From Bacteroidales bacterium (GTDB taxonomy: Bacteria > Bacteroidota > Bacteroidia > Bacteroidales > UBA7960), in the NCBI GenBank assembly GCA_003560165.1, contig PWJC01000070.1, positions 594-64,593 of the forward strand: a DNA stretch of 64,000 bases, given 5' to 3'. Both the position numbers and the translations under genes were made by a program. This document shows, piece after piece, positions 62,609-64,000 of this stretch. A model generated the notes under the pieces. That model was not told where the DNA came from and ran no database searches. It saw only the letters and a list, made by a program, of their open reading frames with translations. The stretch's first letter is position 1. Each line of letters begins with the position of its first letter.

Positions 62609-64000
62609 ATGAAAACACTGATGAAATTTTTCGGCTTATTGCTGACAGTGGCGGTGGCGGGATGCTCAACAGCCCAATACGCCCCCGGCAATTATGATGA
62701 CATCTATTATACCCCCGAAGTTGTCAGGGCAGGTACCGGTAATGCCGTTGAAACTGCCCCTGTCAGGGTTGTTGAGGTGGTGGAAGAGGAAGCGGCCAGG
62801 CCGGTTGCTCAGGACTACCCCGTTGAAACCGAGACCCCTGAATACATCTATGACGACAATGGCAACCAGATAATAATCAACAATCACTATTACGGCGATT
62901 ATTACGACTATGCCTATGCGGCACGCATCAGGCGGTTTCACAGGCCATACCGTAGTTTTGGCTATTACGACCCGTTTTTCACCAATATGTATTTCTATAC
63001 CCACATTCCCCACACTTTCGGTGTGAGCATTTACCTGGGCCATGGGGCAGTGGGCTATTATTATCCCGGCTATTATTACCATCCCGGGTTTTTCACTGGC
63101 CCCTCATGGCATTATCGCCACTGGGCGATGATGACCTCCCCTTTCCATTACCATGGATACTGGGGGTACCGGACTCACTGGGGCGTTCCTTACTGGTCGG
63201 CCTACAGCGCCGGGTATCACTCCGGTTTCCACCACGGCTGGATGTTTGGCGGCTATCCGCACAGATATTACTACGATTACAATAGTTTCGACCGCAGCAG
63301 GCCTGTCCATTACGGACACCGTGGCAGCACAGGCAGCACCATCGGACGCACTGCAGCCGACCGCGAGCAGGCTTCTTTCGCCGAACGCTTCGAATCTCAG
63401 ACCCGACGCGACAATTCCGGCCGAAGGGAAGTAATCGCGCAGGAAAGCATCAGCTCCGGACGTGAAGGCGGAAGAACCAGCGTTTCTACCGCCGGCCGCC
63501 AGGTACGTGAAGCCGACAGGGAAATCACCCAGGCACGGGAGCAAGGCAGGGAAATTGCCCGCAGTCCCGAAACCCGTCCGGCCGAAACCCAGCAAACAGC
63601 CAGAAGGCCTGCCAATTCGCAGGTTCAGGGCCGGGAGCAAAATGAAAGGGAGGGCACTGCTCCGCGCTATGCACGCCCGCAGCAAACTGCACCCGAAAGG
63701 CAGGCAAGCCGCGAAAACAACCCGAGCTATACCAGGCCCCGGACCTATACTTCGCCAAGCTATCAGCAGCCAGGCACCACGCAGCGTGGTCGTCCGACCG
63801 AGGCCACCAGGCCCGCAGATACCAGGACCTCTCCTGCGAGGGAACAGGCCACACCAAGCCAGCCTCCGCAAACCAGGCCTGCAGGCACCACTACCCAGCC
63901 TTCACGCACCGAAAGGGGGAGGCCAAGCTATACACCGCCCAGGCAACAGCCTTCGCGGTCAACCACCAGCCCTGCGCGGACCACTACTCCACCCAGGACC
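62609..64000 (+). CDS. Lipoprotein with Tyr/His/Trp/Gly-rich core and Arg/Thr/Pro/Gln-rich tail, 3' end cut by window edge
   Basis: ATG 62609 lies 27 nt after a TAACTTTG box. Lipobox LLTVAVAGC. The frame stays open for 464 codons to the window end. It is absent from the ORF track, which lists only antisense shadows. Confidence 0.6.
   Translation, partial: MKTLMKFFGLLLTVAVAGCSTAQYAPGNYDDIYYTPEVVRAGTGNAVETAPVRVVEVVEEEAARPVAQDYPVETETPEYIYDDNGNQIIINNHYYGDYYDYAYAARIRRFHRPYRSFGYYDPFFTNMYFYTHIPHTFGVSIYLGHGAVGYYYPGYYYHPGFFTGPSWHYRHWAMMTSPFHYHGYWGYRTHWGVPYWSAYSAGYHSGFHHGWMFGGYPHRYYYDYNSFDRSRPVHYGHRGSTGSTIGRTAADREQASFAERFESQTRRDNSGRREVIAQESISSGREGGRTSVSTAGRQVREADREITQAREQGREIARSPETRPAETQQTARRPANSQVQGREQNEREGTAPRYARPQQTAPERQASRENNPSYTRPRTYTSPSYQQPGTTQRGRPTEATRPADTRTSPAREQATPSQPPQTRPAGTTTQPSRTERGRPSYTPPRQQPSRSTTSPARTTTPPRT

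Noticed and set aside
62666-63871. Minus-strand ORFs 62666-63082 and 63104-63871
   Set aside because: They are shadows of the plus-strand lipoprotein ORF. That ORF has a promoter box, an ATG and a lipobox, and is open to the window end.

Overview
This 64-kb chromosomal segment reads as Bacteroidota. Three things support that: a T9SS type-B C-terminal sorting domain, a CarboxypepD_reg-type TonB-dependent receptor, and TAnnTTTG -7 boxes 26-114 nt upstream of many predicted starts. I call about 65 protein genes and one tRNA-Leu(CAA). I saw no rRNA, CRISPR array, transposase, integrase or recognisable defence genes.

Most of the window is housekeeping: a metal ABC transporter, mnmA, pth, rplY/ctc, prs, sodB, sufBCDSE plus a DUF59 gene, gcvH, tonB, recG, rpoN, asnS, fbaA and proS.

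Items worth a second look:
1. Four intergenic mosaics built from shared 7-8 nt tandem-repeat modules.
2. A four-gene operon (hybrid HK, REC-HK, LytTR regulator, SAM methyltransferase) whose parts list resembles the Ralstonia phcBSRQ quorum-sensing module.
3. An amrS-amrB (AmmeMemoRadiSam) pair with no AMMECR1 partner, linked to a fused dolichol/phytol-kinase-like plus DUF92 membrane protein. It lies next to a UbiA prenyltransferase, and a tocopherol-cyclase-family gene lies elsewhere in the window.
4. A single in-frame TGA splitting sufD in an otherwise intact suf operon.
5. A giant adhesin with plant-type LRRs, DUF11 repeats and a T9SS sorting domain.
6. A Tyr/His/Trp/Gly-rich lipoprotein that runs off the 3' edge and is missing from the supplied ORF track.

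All family names come from motif recognition by eye, with no database search. The supplied ORF track translates GTG/TTG first codons as M and takes the longest ORF, so several starts are revised below.
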